Below, piece after piece: positions 48,244 through 58,600 of a stretch of DNA of 64,000 nt. Both the position numbers and the translations under genes were made by a program. Under the pieces are notes generated by a model. That model ran no database searches and was not told where the DNA came from. It worked only from the letters and a program-made list of their open reading frames with translations. This DNA comes from Eubacteriales bacterium (GTDB taxonomy: Bacteria; Bacillota; Clostridia; Oscillospirales; CAG-272): NCBI GenBank assembly GCA_045535205.1, contig JAZSLF010000097.1:3860-67859 (forward strand), given 5' to 3'. How positions within the stretch are numbered: position 1 is the stretch's first letter; each line of letters begins with the position of its first letter.

Positions 48244-51200
48244 ATGAAAAGATTGATTTCCGTTCTTATGGTATTAGTACTGATCATGTCTGCATTCAGC
48301 ATACATGTATCAGCACAACCGGAGGATAAATGCTACGGCTTTGACGAATCAGGAAGCTATGCATTTTTCAACAACTTAACTCTTTCACCGTCAGACAGTT
48401 CAATCGAATTTGATTGGTCATTTGCCAAAAACTCACAGGAGAACCCAAAGCTCTTGATCAATGCGGCCGTAGAGATTACGGAAACATCTATAATTGCAGG
48501 AGGAACAAATCAGCCTATTCTTTGGGGTGATGCTGAAATCACCCATTGGAGACACGTTGAGGTAGTCTTTTCAACTGCAGGCTGTACCGTGTATCTTGAC
48601 GGAGAACAGGTGTTTTTTGCAGCAGGAGTGCAAGGAAGAAACGATGGATTTTTCTTCATAGCATTCCCCGGAGATCATTATATTGATAATGTTAAGATAA
48701 AATCAAACGGTGCAGAATTGGTGTCTGTTGATTTCAGCAGCAATTCCGTTATTGCATCTTGTCTTTCGGCGGATTCCTCAGGAACTGTAAAAACCGTTCC
48801 TCAGAATTCATATTATGATTATGAGCCTGATGTTACAACTGCAAACATCAGCTATATTTTCAACAGCGAAGACAGCTGTACTGCATTGACGACAGGTACT
48901 GAAAAAAACATTCTTCTCGGAGACCTTACCGATGACGGTGTTATCAATGCAAGAGATATTCTCAAGATGAAGCGTGCAACCGTACACGGCGACAGCGTGG
49001 ATAATCTTGCAGCTGATATGAACTCCGACGGTCTTATTAACGGCAAGGATTCTCTGCAGCTTAAAAGGACAGCTACAGGCAAGCTTAATCCTGTATACAA
49101 AGTTGTCGGCTCACAGACAAAAGCAGAATATGATACGGATATGAACAGTGCTAAGCTCACAGCTTCGGAAACTGTAACAGAAGGAATTGATGCAACACTT
49201 AATTTAGACAGTATTGACCCCGAATCATATAAATTTGCTGTAATCACTTACATGACACCGAACAGCAAGGATAATAAAAACTCAAATGCCGCTGTTGCTT
49301 CTTCCTTCGGAGCATACGGCAACCTTGTAGAATATGAGCTTATAAATGACGGATTTTTCCACTCACAGATAATTGACCTTTCAGAGATCAGCACGTGGAA
49401 CGGAGATAAAGCAACGCTTCGTTATTTCACAGCTGCCAATGAAGGCGATACTGTTTATATTGATTCCGTAATATTTACGGCAACCCTTTCAAAAGCAAAA
49501 ACCGCAGCAGCCGAAAGAGAAGCTTTCAAAGCCTCCTACAGCATAGTAGACAAGCCAGACCCAACTGCCGCTATCGGTTCCGTTGACAATAACGGAAATT
49601 ACGTTATCAGATTTGATACGGAAGACAAAGTCATTAACAAAGTTACTAACGGCAACAACAGTAAGGCAGCCTTTGAGAACGATTCACTGAAGGCAACGGC
49701 AACGGCAGGTTCTGACCCCAGCATTTATCTTGACCTTGCCGCAGAAAATATTTCTGCAAACACATATAAATACATCGTGTATACTTATATGATACCCACA
49801 ACAACACAGAGAAGCGACCCTCCCGCAAATATGTATTTTGTAAATGAATATATTGACGGTCCTGCTGCAGGATATGAAACACCGTTGTTCAACTGTAAAA
49901 AGTCCGGAAATTACGCAGTTGCAATTATTGACATGAATAGTGTCAGCACATGGAACGGAATGCTTTCGGGACTCAGAATCGACTATTTCTCAGATTGCTA
50001 CGCAGGTGATACAGTATACATAGATTCCATTGTTTTCGCTAAAGACTCAACCTCTGCAATCAAGATAGGTAACGACAGAGTAAAAGACAGAAACGGCGGC
50101 GGCTCCGCCTTTAACGCTTCGGGCATATGGAATGAATTCTGTGCCTATCACCAGTATTCAAACAGTAATGAATTTGTTACGGTAAGCGGCACAAACGTTA
50201 CACTTTATTTCCGCTATAATACAGATTCAACTAAATTCACACCCCGTTCACTCGGCGACAGACTCGGCAGAGCTATAACCGAAGCGACAGGCTATCAGAT
50301 TACAGCTGAAGTACACAGCGGCTTTGAAGATCTTCTGAACAATTTCGGTTATGCAGAACCGAGAGCAAACGTATTCTACACAATAACTTACGAAGGCAAG
50401 TCATATTGCATATACGTTGAAACAATAATTATGAAAGACTCTTCATACTATGATGTACTTGACGGAACAGAGAGCGACCCTCAGCCTGTATCATATAACA
50501 CAAACACATGGTTTTCCGACGGTCTGTACATTTCCGATTCTACGTCTCTGCCTCACTCTACCAGCCCTCTCGCAGCTCACAGTAATCATGAAACAAGAAT
50601 AGTAGAAACGCCTTACGGTACTTTTGCCGTTATTCCGTTGTGGGCAGACAGCAATTCCTGGGGAACAATAGGCGGTGCTAATTTTACACTTTTCAGAATT
50701 TATGACGATGGCTCATATACACAGCTCGGCACTTGGGACATGGCACATCACACGTCAAAGCCTAACATAATGTATGCAGCAGACGGAAATATATATATTT
50801 CTCAGAACGATGACCAAAGTGATTACGTAAGCAGTCTGATGCTTTATTTCGATCCCTCTGCACCCAACTCAGACGGTTCGTACAATATTCACGGCGGCAG
50901 AACGAACATCAGCTATACCGGCGGCAGAGCACCCGGCGGATACGGATATATCCAGCCCATACTCGATGATACAAATGGTAAGATTTATATTATGGCATCC
51001 GGCGGTTCAAACGGCGGTTATCTTGCGTGGACTATATACAATTATAACACACACTCCTGGGAAACAAGTTCATCCTATACAGCACAAATAAATACCTACA
51101 GGCATTGTTATTTCTATGGTTACAGCGACGGAAACAGAGGTATATATCTTGTTGCAGGCCGTGATGTGCTTCTTTCAACACTTGGTCTCGCAGGCACAGT

Positions 51201-51819
51201 AACCGGTGCTGATTATGCCTGGGATGAAGTTAACCTCTTCCACATCCCTAACATGAACAACACAGGATATACAAGAACAGTTGTACTTGAAGCAGACTAT
51301 ACTCAGACGTACCGCCAGCTTTATCCCACGATAGCTAATAACAGAAACGGTGACACATATCTCACCGAAGACGGTTACCTTCATATACTTTCAACAAAGT
51401 TTATGCACGGTACCTATCACCACGATACAAGGTATCAGGAAATGTGGCATGCGGTATACGATTGTACAACTCCGGGAATGAAGCCTATTGAGATATATAA
51501 TAAACCAATTAAGTTTATCAGTCCTTCTCATTTCTATTCAGTAAGAATGACAGAGAACACAGACGGCGAGCTTTACATTTTTGCAATGCCTACAGACAAA
51601 AGTGCCCGTTGTGAAATATGGAAAGAAACAGATCAAAATGCATTGTCCTTTGATCTTGTAGGCTGCAGAGCATTTTCCGACGGTTCAAGTCCTTCAACCT
51701 CAATTATCATAACAAATAGAAGAAGCGGTTCTACCATAAACAATAAGGTCTACTGCATTTACCCGACCGACAGCAACGGAGGTACATTGTATAAATTCTT
51801 TACAGCAGAGCTTCCGTAA
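48244..51819 (+). CDS. secreted LamG-like/internal-dockerin/2x unknown module/His-rich C-terminal domain protein, paralogue A
   Basis: AAGGAGAA RBS before ATG 48244. Signal peptide 'VLMVLVLIMSAFSIHVSA'. LamG-like 'THWRHVEVVFSTAGCTVYLDGE'. Dockerin at 48919..49086 ('GDLTDDGVINARD...DMNSDGLINGKD'). Colinear with the next two ORFs. Confidence 0.85.
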   Translation: MKRLISVLMVLVLIMSAFSIHVSAQPEDKCYGFDESGSYAFFNNLTLSPSDSSIEFDWSFAKNSQENPKLLINAAVEITETSIIAGGTNQPILWGDAEITHWRHVEVVFSTAGCTVYLDGEQVFFAAGVQGRNDGFFFIAFPGDHYIDNVKIKSNGAELVSVDFSSNSVIASCLSADSSGTVKTVPQNSYYDYEPDVTTANISYIFNSEDSCTALTTGTEKNILLGDLTDDGVINARDILKMKRATVHGDSVDNLAADMNSDGLINGKDSLQLKRTATGKLNPVYKVVGSQTKAEYDTDMNSAKLTASETVTEGIDATLNLDSIDPESYKFAVITYMTPNSKDNKNSNAAVASSFGAYGNLVEYELINDGFFHSQIIDLSEISTWNGDKATLRYFTAANEGDTVYIDSVIFTATLSKAKTAAAEREAFKASYSIVDKPDPTAAIGSVDNNGNYVIRFDTEDKVINKVTNGNNSKAAFENDSLKATATAGSDPSIYLDLAAENISANTYKYIVYTYMIPTTTQRSDPPANMYFVNEYIDGPAAGYETPLFNCKKSGNYAVAIIDMNSVSTWNGMLSGLRIDYFSDCYAGDTVYIDSIVFAKDSTSAIKIGNDRVKDRNGGGSAFNASGIWNEFCAYHQYSNSNEFVTVSGTNVTLYFRYNTDSTKFTPRSLGDRLGRAITEATGYQITAEVHSGFEDLLNNFGYAEPRANVFYTITYEGKSYCIYVETIIMKDSSYYDVLDGTESDPQPVSYNTNTWFSDGLYISDSTSLPHSTSPLAAHSNHETRIVETPYGTFAVIPLWADSNSWGTIGGANFTLFRIYDDGSYTQLGTWDMAHHTSKPNIMYAADGNIYISQNDDQSDYVSSLMLYFDPSAPNSDGSYNIHGGRTNISYTGGRAPGGYGYIQPILDDTNGKIYIMASGGSNGGYLAWTIYNYNTHSWETSSSYTAQINTYRHCYFYGYSDGNRGIYLVAGRDVLLSTLGLAGTVTGADYAWDEVNLFHIPNMNNTGYTRTVVLEADYTQTYRQLYPTIANNRNGDTYLTEDGYLHILSTKFMHGTYHHDTRYQEMWHAVYDCTTPGMKPIEIYNKPIKFISPSHFYSVRMTENTDGELYIFAMPTDKSARCEIWKETDQNALSFDLVGCRAFSDGSSPSTSIIITNRRSGSTINNKVYCIYPTDSNGGTLYKFFTAELP

Positions 51820-51832
51820 TTAAAGTACAACC

Positions 51833-51860
51833 TAAGGCTCCTCATAAACGGGGAGCCTTA
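51833..51860 (+). terminator. terminator of paralogue A
   Basis: TAAGGCTCC-tcataaacg-GGAGCCTTA followed by TTT. Confidence 0.6.
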
Positions 51861-51896
51861 TTTAAATTGATTTTTAGTACCTTTATATAATATGCA

Positions 51897-51925
51897 TTGA
51901 CAGATCGCACCAAAAACTGTATACT
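51897..51925 (+). promoter_or_regulatory. sigma-A promoter of paralogue B
   Basis: TTGACA (51897..51902), 17 nt, TATACT (51920..51925). Confidence 0.55.
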
Positions 51926-51968
51926 ATTTACATAATGGTAAAAACAAATATTTTACGGAGGTATAATC

Positions 51969-54900
51969 GTGAAAAAAATCATTTCTCTCTTGTTGATCGC
52001 AACAATGCTGTTACCAATGTTCATATTCAGCGTGTCTGCGACACCGCAGGACAAATGCTACGTTCTTGATGAAAGAGGAAGCTATGCCTTTTTCACAAAC
52101 GTTACTATCGACCCTGCCGACACTCTTATTTCATTTGATATGTCTTTTTCAAGAAACTCTGACGGAGCAGCAACTCTTTCGGTAAACAGCACGCTTACCA
52201 TCACTTCGACCAATGTTTCAATCGGCGAAACCTCAAAAGCAATATCGTGGGGGGCTATGGAAATTGAGCATTGGAGAAAAGTTGAAATCAAATTCGACTC
52301 CGCAGGATGTACGGTGTACATAGACGGCGAAGAAATTATCAACAGTCCCGGAACAAGCGGAAGAAACGATGGTTTTTATTTGATCGGCTATCCCGGTACC
52401 CACCATTTCGACAACATTAGCATTACGTCGAAATCAAAAGAAGTTCTGTTTATGGATTTTTCCGACACAAGTGCCATCGGTGCAAATATGTCTGCTGACT
52501 CAAGCGGCAACATTGTCACGGTTCCCGAAGGCTCCTACTATGACTACGATGCAAATGCTGCCGCTAATATCACTTATCTTTTCAACAGCACAGACAGTTG
52601 CTCTGTTCTTACAGTAGGTTCAGTTGAAACAGTTCTTGTGGGAGATATTAATCTTGACAAGCTTATCAATGCTAAAGATGTATTACTGTTAAAGCAGTCT
52701 ACAACAGGAAAAAAAGAAATAGATTATCGGTTTGGAGATTTTGATTATAATGCTGTTCTTAATGCAAAGGACTCATTGTCTCTCAAAAAGACCGTTCTCA
52801 ATATTATCACACCGGTATACAAGGATTACGGTAGCACGTCACCTGCTGACTTCGACGAAGAACAAGCTGCAGCCAAGCTGACCGCAAACGATATATCAAC
52901 GAACGGTCTTGATGCAACTTTTACGCTCGATAACATAGATCCCACCGTATACAAATATGCTGTAATTACTTACATGACACCCAACAGCGACGAAGTATCC
53001 AACTCTGCGGTTGCCTTTCAATCCGCATTTGGTGCATACGGAAATCTTATTAATTATGAGCTTATCACAGACGGTTATTTTCATTCAAAGGTAATCGATC
53101 TTTCAACCGTCAGCACCTGGAACGGAGATAAAGCTACCATAAGATTTTTCACCGCAGCCAATGAGGGTGACACCATTTACATTGATTCCGTTATATTTAC
53201 ATCAACAGAAAACAAAGCAGAAGCGGCCGCTTCAAACAGAACCGCTTCAAAAACGGGTTACGGTATATACAATGACCTTGATCCAAACGGTCCCATCGGC
53301 TCATTTGACGGGAACGGAAATTACGTGATCAGATTTGATTCCGAAGAAAAAATTTCCTATAAAGTTTCCTCATACAATAACAGCTCCGTATCGTATGAAG
53401 ACAATTCACTCAAGGCTGTTGCAACTGCAGGAAATGACCCGAGTATTTATCTTGACCTTGCCGCAGAGAACATTTCTTCTGACACTTATAAATTTATTGC
53501 CTACACATACAAAATTCCTGTTGAAACACAAAGATACGGACCTCTCGCTAATATCTATTTCGTAAACGAAAATATTTCACAACCTACAGCGGGATATGAA
53601 ACACCGTCTTTCGGTTGTGAAAAGACAGGGAAGTATGCAACATATATTATCAACACTTCAAATATTTCCACATGGAAAGGACTTCTCACCGGTTTCAGAA
53701 TTGACTTCTTTACAGATTGCTATGCAAACGACACCGCTTATATTGATTCCATTATTTTCTGTAAATCAGAGACCTCCGCTGCACAGGCAGGAGAACTGAG
53801 AGTAAAAGACAGAAACGGCGTCAGCCTTGCAGCATCTACAGCTGAAATCTGGAATGAATACTACTCTTATCACAGAAACGCAAACGGATACGAATATATC
53901 TCTGCAAACGGCTCAGATGCAGCAATGTATTTCCGTTTCCATACGAAAACCGAAAGATTTACTGCACGTTCTCTCGGAGACAGAATGGCACGTGCCATTT
54001 CCGAAGCTACAGGTAAAAAAATAGAATGCGAAGTCAACAACGGTTTTGCAAGTCTCAAAGACAGCTTTAATTCAAGTGATTATCCGTCAGGATACATTCA
54101 TTATACTCTTACATATAAGGAAAAATCCTATAATGTGAGAATATTGACCTGTATCAATAAGGATGACACTTATCATGACGTGCTTGACGGTACGGCTGAT
54201 GATCCTGTCGTTTCAACAGTAAACACAAGCACATGGTTCAGCGAAGATCTCTCTGCAACCGACTCTGTAAATCTTCCCAAAGTGGAAGCCAGCCTTGCAA
54301 TTCACAGCAACCACGAAACAAGACTTGTCGATACACCTTACGGAACATTCGCAGTTCTTCCTCAATGGGAAGACAGCTCAAGATGGGGAGTTATCGGTGC
54401 GGCTCATTTCGGACTTTACAGAATTTACGATGACGGTTCTTCAAAGGAGCTCGGCTCATGGGATTTTGCTTACCACACATCAAAGCCGAATATTATGTAC
54501 GCAGCAGACGGAATGGTCTATGTAGTAAGCACCGATGACCAATGGGACCACATGAACAACCTTGTTCTTTACTTTGATCCCTCTGAACCCAATTCGGACG
54601 GCTCTTACGACATTCACGGCGGAAGAACGACCATTCCTTACAGCGGCGGTCCTTGTCCCGCAGGCTATGGTTATCTCCAACCCATACTTGACGATACAAA
54701 TGGTAAAATATACGTATTTGCATGCGGCGGACAGGATGCAGGTTACTTCGCATGGACTATTTACGACTACATCGATCACGAATGGGAACCCTACCAATAT
54801 TCAACTGTAATCAATTCCTACAGACATTGTTATATTTACGGTTTCTCAGACGGCAAAGACGGTATATATTTGGTTGCCGGAAGAGACGTACTCCTTTCAA

Positions 54901-55541
54901 CACTCGGACTTGCGAATACAGTAACAGGTGCAGATTACGCTTGGGACGAAATGAATCTTTTCCATTTCCCCGACATTCATTCCACAGCATACACCAGAAC
55001 CTGCATACTCGAAGCAGACTATACTCAAAGTGCACGTTCTCTCTATCCTACAATCGGAAATAACAGACACGGTGATACTCTTCTTACCCAGGATGGATAT
55101 CTGCACGTGCTTTCCACAAAATCTATGCATGGAACATATCATCACGATTATAAGTACAGTGAAATGTGGCATGCGGTATACGATTGCACAACACCTGGTA
55201 TGAAACCTCTTGAGGTTTATAACAAACCTATAGCATTCGCAACCGAATCAAACGGATATACAATGCGAATGGCCGAATCTGCAAAGGGCGAACTTTATAT
55301 ACTTGCCATGCCCACCGACAGAGGTGCAAGATGCGAGATTTGGAAGGAAACAGATGATAAAGCCTTTACGTTTGAACTTGCAGGATGTAAGAATTTCTCA
55401 GACTCCACCACACCAAACTCTTCGATCATTACAACTAACTCAAGAAACGGATCAGTTATAGATAACGTTGTTCCTTGTTTCTATCCGGTGGAATCCGGTG
55501 GTGGATACATTTACAAATATTTCACAATAACTTTACCTTAA
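51969..55541 (+). CDS. secreted LamG-like/internal-dockerin protein, paralogue B
   Basis: GGAGG lies 7 nt before GTG 51969. Signal peptide 'LLLIATMLLPMFIFSVSA'. 'EHWRKVEIKFDSAGCTVYIDGE'. Divergent dockerin at 52641..52802. Confidence 0.85.
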   Translation: MKKIISLLLIATMLLPMFIFSVSATPQDKCYVLDERGSYAFFTNVTIDPADTLISFDMSFSRNSDGAATLSVNSTLTITSTNVSIGETSKAISWGAMEIEHWRKVEIKFDSAGCTVYIDGEEIINSPGTSGRNDGFYLIGYPGTHHFDNISITSKSKEVLFMDFSDTSAIGANMSADSSGNIVTVPEGSYYDYDANAAANITYLFNSTDSCSVLTVGSVETVLVGDINLDKLINAKDVLLLKQSTTGKKEIDYRFGDFDYNAVLNAKDSLSLKKTVLNIITPVYKDYGSTSPADFDEEQAAAKLTANDISTNGLDATFTLDNIDPTVYKYAVITYMTPNSDEVSNSAVAFQSAFGAYGNLINYELITDGYFHSKVIDLSTVSTWNGDKATIRFFTAANEGDTIYIDSVIFTSTENKAEAAASNRTASKTGYGIYNDLDPNGPIGSFDGNGNYVIRFDSEEKISYKVSSYNNSSVSYEDNSLKAVATAGNDPSIYLDLAAENISSDTYKFIAYTYKIPVETQRYGPLANIYFVNENISQPTAGYETPSFGCEKTGKYATYIINTSNISTWKGLLTGFRIDFFTDCYANDTAYIDSIIFCKSETSAAQAGELRVKDRNGVSLAASTAEIWNEYYSYHRNANGYEYISANGSDAAMYFRFHTKTERFTARSLGDRMARAISEATGKKIECEVNNGFASLKDSFNSSDYPSGYIHYTLTYKEKSYNVRILTCINKDDTYHDVLDGTADDPVVSTVNTSTWFSEDLSATDSVNLPKVEASLAIHSNHETRLVDTPYGTFAVLPQWEDSSRWGVIGAAHFGLYRIYDDGSSKELGSWDFAYHTSKPNIMYAADGMVYVVSTDDQWDHMNNLVLYFDPSEPNSDGSYDIHGGRTTIPYSGGPCPAGYGYLQPILDDTNGKIYVFACGGQDAGYFAWTIYDYIDHEWEPYQYSTVINSYRHCYIYGFSDGKDGIYLVAGRDVLLSTLGLANTVTGADYAWDEMNLFHFPDIHSTAYTRTCILEADYTQSARSLYPTIGNNRHGDTLLTQDGYLHVLSTKSMHGTYHHDYKYSEMWHAVYDCTTPGMKPLEVYNKPIAFATESNGYTMRMAESAKGELYILAMPTDRGARCEIWKETDDKAFTFELAGCKNFSDSTTPNSSIITTNSRNGSVIDNVVPCFYPVESGGGYIYKYFTITLP

Positions 55542-55554
55542 TTTATTTCAAATG

Positions 55555-55587
55555 CACACAGCCTTATCGGCTGTGTGTTGTTTTTTT
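55555..55587 (+). terminator. terminator of paralogue B
   Basis: CACACAGCC-ttatc-GGCTGTGTG followed by TTGTTTTTTT. Confidence 0.7.
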
Positions 55588-55607
55588 GATAATTATGACA
55601 AAAAGCA

Positions 55608-55635
55608 TTGACTTTTGATTTATATAGTGTATAAT
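55608..55635 (+). promoter_or_regulatory. sigma-A promoter of paralogue C
   Basis: TTGACT (55608..55613), 16 nt, TATAAT (55630..55635), with TG immediately upstream of the -10. Confidence 0.55.
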
Positions 55636-55665
55636 ATAAATAATTATTTATTTATGGAGGATAAA

Positions 55666-58600
55666 ATGAAAAGAATTTTATCATTAGTGCTTGCTTTAAT
55701 GATGATCATATCATCTATGGCAATCATCTCAAGTGCAGCTCCTTCAGAGCAGTGTCTTGAACTCAGTGGTGACAATGTTTATTCATTCCTGACAAACATG
55801 TCGATAAATGCCACCGATTCGTCAATTTCATTCGAAATTTCAATGGCAGCAGATGCTGAAGGTGCCCCGGTTTTGGCCATCAACGCAGGTGCCGTTGAAA
55901 TTACACCCACTCACATTAAGGTCGGCTCCCAGACTAAATCAATAGAATGGGGAGAAGTAGCTTCTACTCACTGGAGAAGAGTAGAGCTTCAATATACTTC
56001 AGCAGGTTGTACTGTATACCTTGACGGTGTACAGGTTACATCAGTTGCAGGTCAGACATGCAGAACAGACGGTGTTATCCTTATTGGTTACCCCGGTATT
56101 ATCATGATCGATAATTTCAAAGTTGTTTCTGCAGGTGTAGTGACAACTGAATTGAACTTTGAGGATGAGGGCGAATACCTCAACCACAAGCATGGCGATT
56201 CTACAGCATCAAGAAGTCCTGTTCCCGAAGGTTCTTACTGCGACTACGAAGAAGTAGTTCTTCCCGACAATATCGAATACATATTTGACAGTGCAGCAAA
56301 TTGCGAATCCCTGACAATTGGTTCCGAAGAGACAATTCTTATCGGTGACCTTACAGGCGACGGAATTATCAACGCAAGAGATATTCTCAAGATGAAGAGA
56401 GTTACCATTCACGGCGAAGCAGTTGACACACGCAAAGCTGACTTCAACGAAGACGGTCTTGTAAACGGTAAGGACTCTCTTATGATGAAGAGAACGGTAT
56501 CCGGTCTTCTTCAGGCTGTAACAAAGGTATTCGGCTCAGCAGAAGCACTTCCTTTTGAAGCTACACAGCAGTCAGCTAAGTTTGTTGCTTCTGAAACCGT
56601 TTCAAACGGAATCGATGCTACACTTAACATGAGCGAAATCAGCTCTGACGATTATAAATACGCAGTTATCACATATATGACTCCCAACAGCTCAGAAATC
56701 AGCAACTCTGACGCTGCTGTTGAATCTGCATTCGGTGCATACGGTAACCTCGTTTCCTATGAACTGAATACAGACGGTCGTTATCACGCACAGATCGTTG
56801 ATCTTTCCAACGTAAGCACTTGGAACGGTGACAGTGCAACACTCCGTCTCTTCGTCGGTGCAAATGTAGGCGATACCATCTATATTGATTCCATTATATT
56901 TACAGCATCACTTGCAAGAGCAAACTCCGTAGCAACGGCAAGAGAAGCTGCAAAGGCTTCCTACAGCATTACAGATGCTCCCATTAAGGAAGGTCTTGGT
57001 TACTACTTCGGCGATGATTATGTAGTTCCTTTCAATTCCGAAGGAAAGCTTGAATACGTTTCAAATTCCAACAACAGTAGAATTGAATATTCCGCTACAC
57101 AGAATGCAATTAAAGCAACAGCTACAGCAGGTGCTGACCCCAGCATTTATGTAGACCTTACAGAAGAGGGAATATCCGCTGATACATATAAGTATATTGT
57201 ATACACCTACAATATGCCCACAACAGTACAGAGACAGGGCCCCAAGGCTAACTTCTACTATGTATGCGGCAACATTGATGTTCCCACAGGCGGATATGAA
57301 TGTCCTACATTCTCTTGCACAAAGAGCTCTGAATTCAAAACACAAATTGTTGACCTTTCTGCAAACAGCAATTGGTCCGGAAGTATCAAGGGTCTTCGTA
57401 TAGACTACTTTACTGATGCAATTGTAGGCGACTGCGTATACATCGACTCTCTTGTTTTCTGCAAGTCACTTTCCGCAGCAAATACAGCCGCAAGACTTCG
57501 TCTTGAAGAACGCTACGGAGTTGCTGAAGTTGATGCAGCAGGCGTATGGAATAACTACTGGAACTATTACCAGAACCAGAACGGTTATGAATTTATCGCA
57601 GGTTCTGCTACAAACCTTCAGATGTACTTTAAGTACAGTAGCGAATCAGCTCTCACAGCTCGTTCACTCGGTGACAGATTTGCACGTGCTATCTCCAATG
57701 CTACAGGTTATGAAGTAACAGCAGAAGTATACGGCGGTTTCGTTGAGCTCCACAGCAGCTGGTCAAATTCTTCACCCAATGCTTATGTATTCTATACGAT
57801 CAGATATAACGGTGAAGCATACGTAGTTCGTGTTAAGACAAACATCATCAAGGATTCCTCTTATTCTGATGTACTCGACGGTACCTCCGCAGATCCTCAG
57901 GTTGGCTATGAAAACACAAGCAACTGGGCTTCCGATGGATACGCAATTACCGACTCCAAGAAGCTTGCAAGCTTCTCATCATATCTCGCTTACCACAGTA
58001 ACCACGAAGCAAAAATGCTTAAGACTCCTTACGGTACTTTCGCAGTTTACCACACATACGCAGACATGGATCGTGGCAATTACACAGGCGCTGGTAAGAT
58101 CACGCTCTTCCGCATCTATGACGACGGTTCCTATAAGGCTCTTGGCGAATACTCGGTAACAGCTCACACAACAAAGCCTCAGCTCATTTACGGTGATGAC
58201 GGTCTTGTTTACTTCATCTGTCCTGATGACGATTTTGACGACCCTGCATATGCGTCCATCTCTCTCGGTTACTTTGACCCCTCCAAGCCCAATGCTGACG
58301 GTTCTTATAACATCACATACTCCAGAACAAACAGAGCATATCCCGGCGGCGATGCTCCCGGCGGTTACGGCTACTCACAGCCTGTAATGGATAAGACAAC
58401 AGGCAAGATCCAGATCTTCTACTGTGGCGGTCGTGACGAACTCGGATTCTATGTATGCTGGTTCACATATAACTACCGTACACATCAGTGGGAAGGCGGA
58501 AACAGCACAGTAATGTGGGATCACTACAGAAACTGCTACCTCTATACATTCCCGGATGGAAAGGGAGGTATGTACATCATTGGCGAAAGAGCATGTCTGC

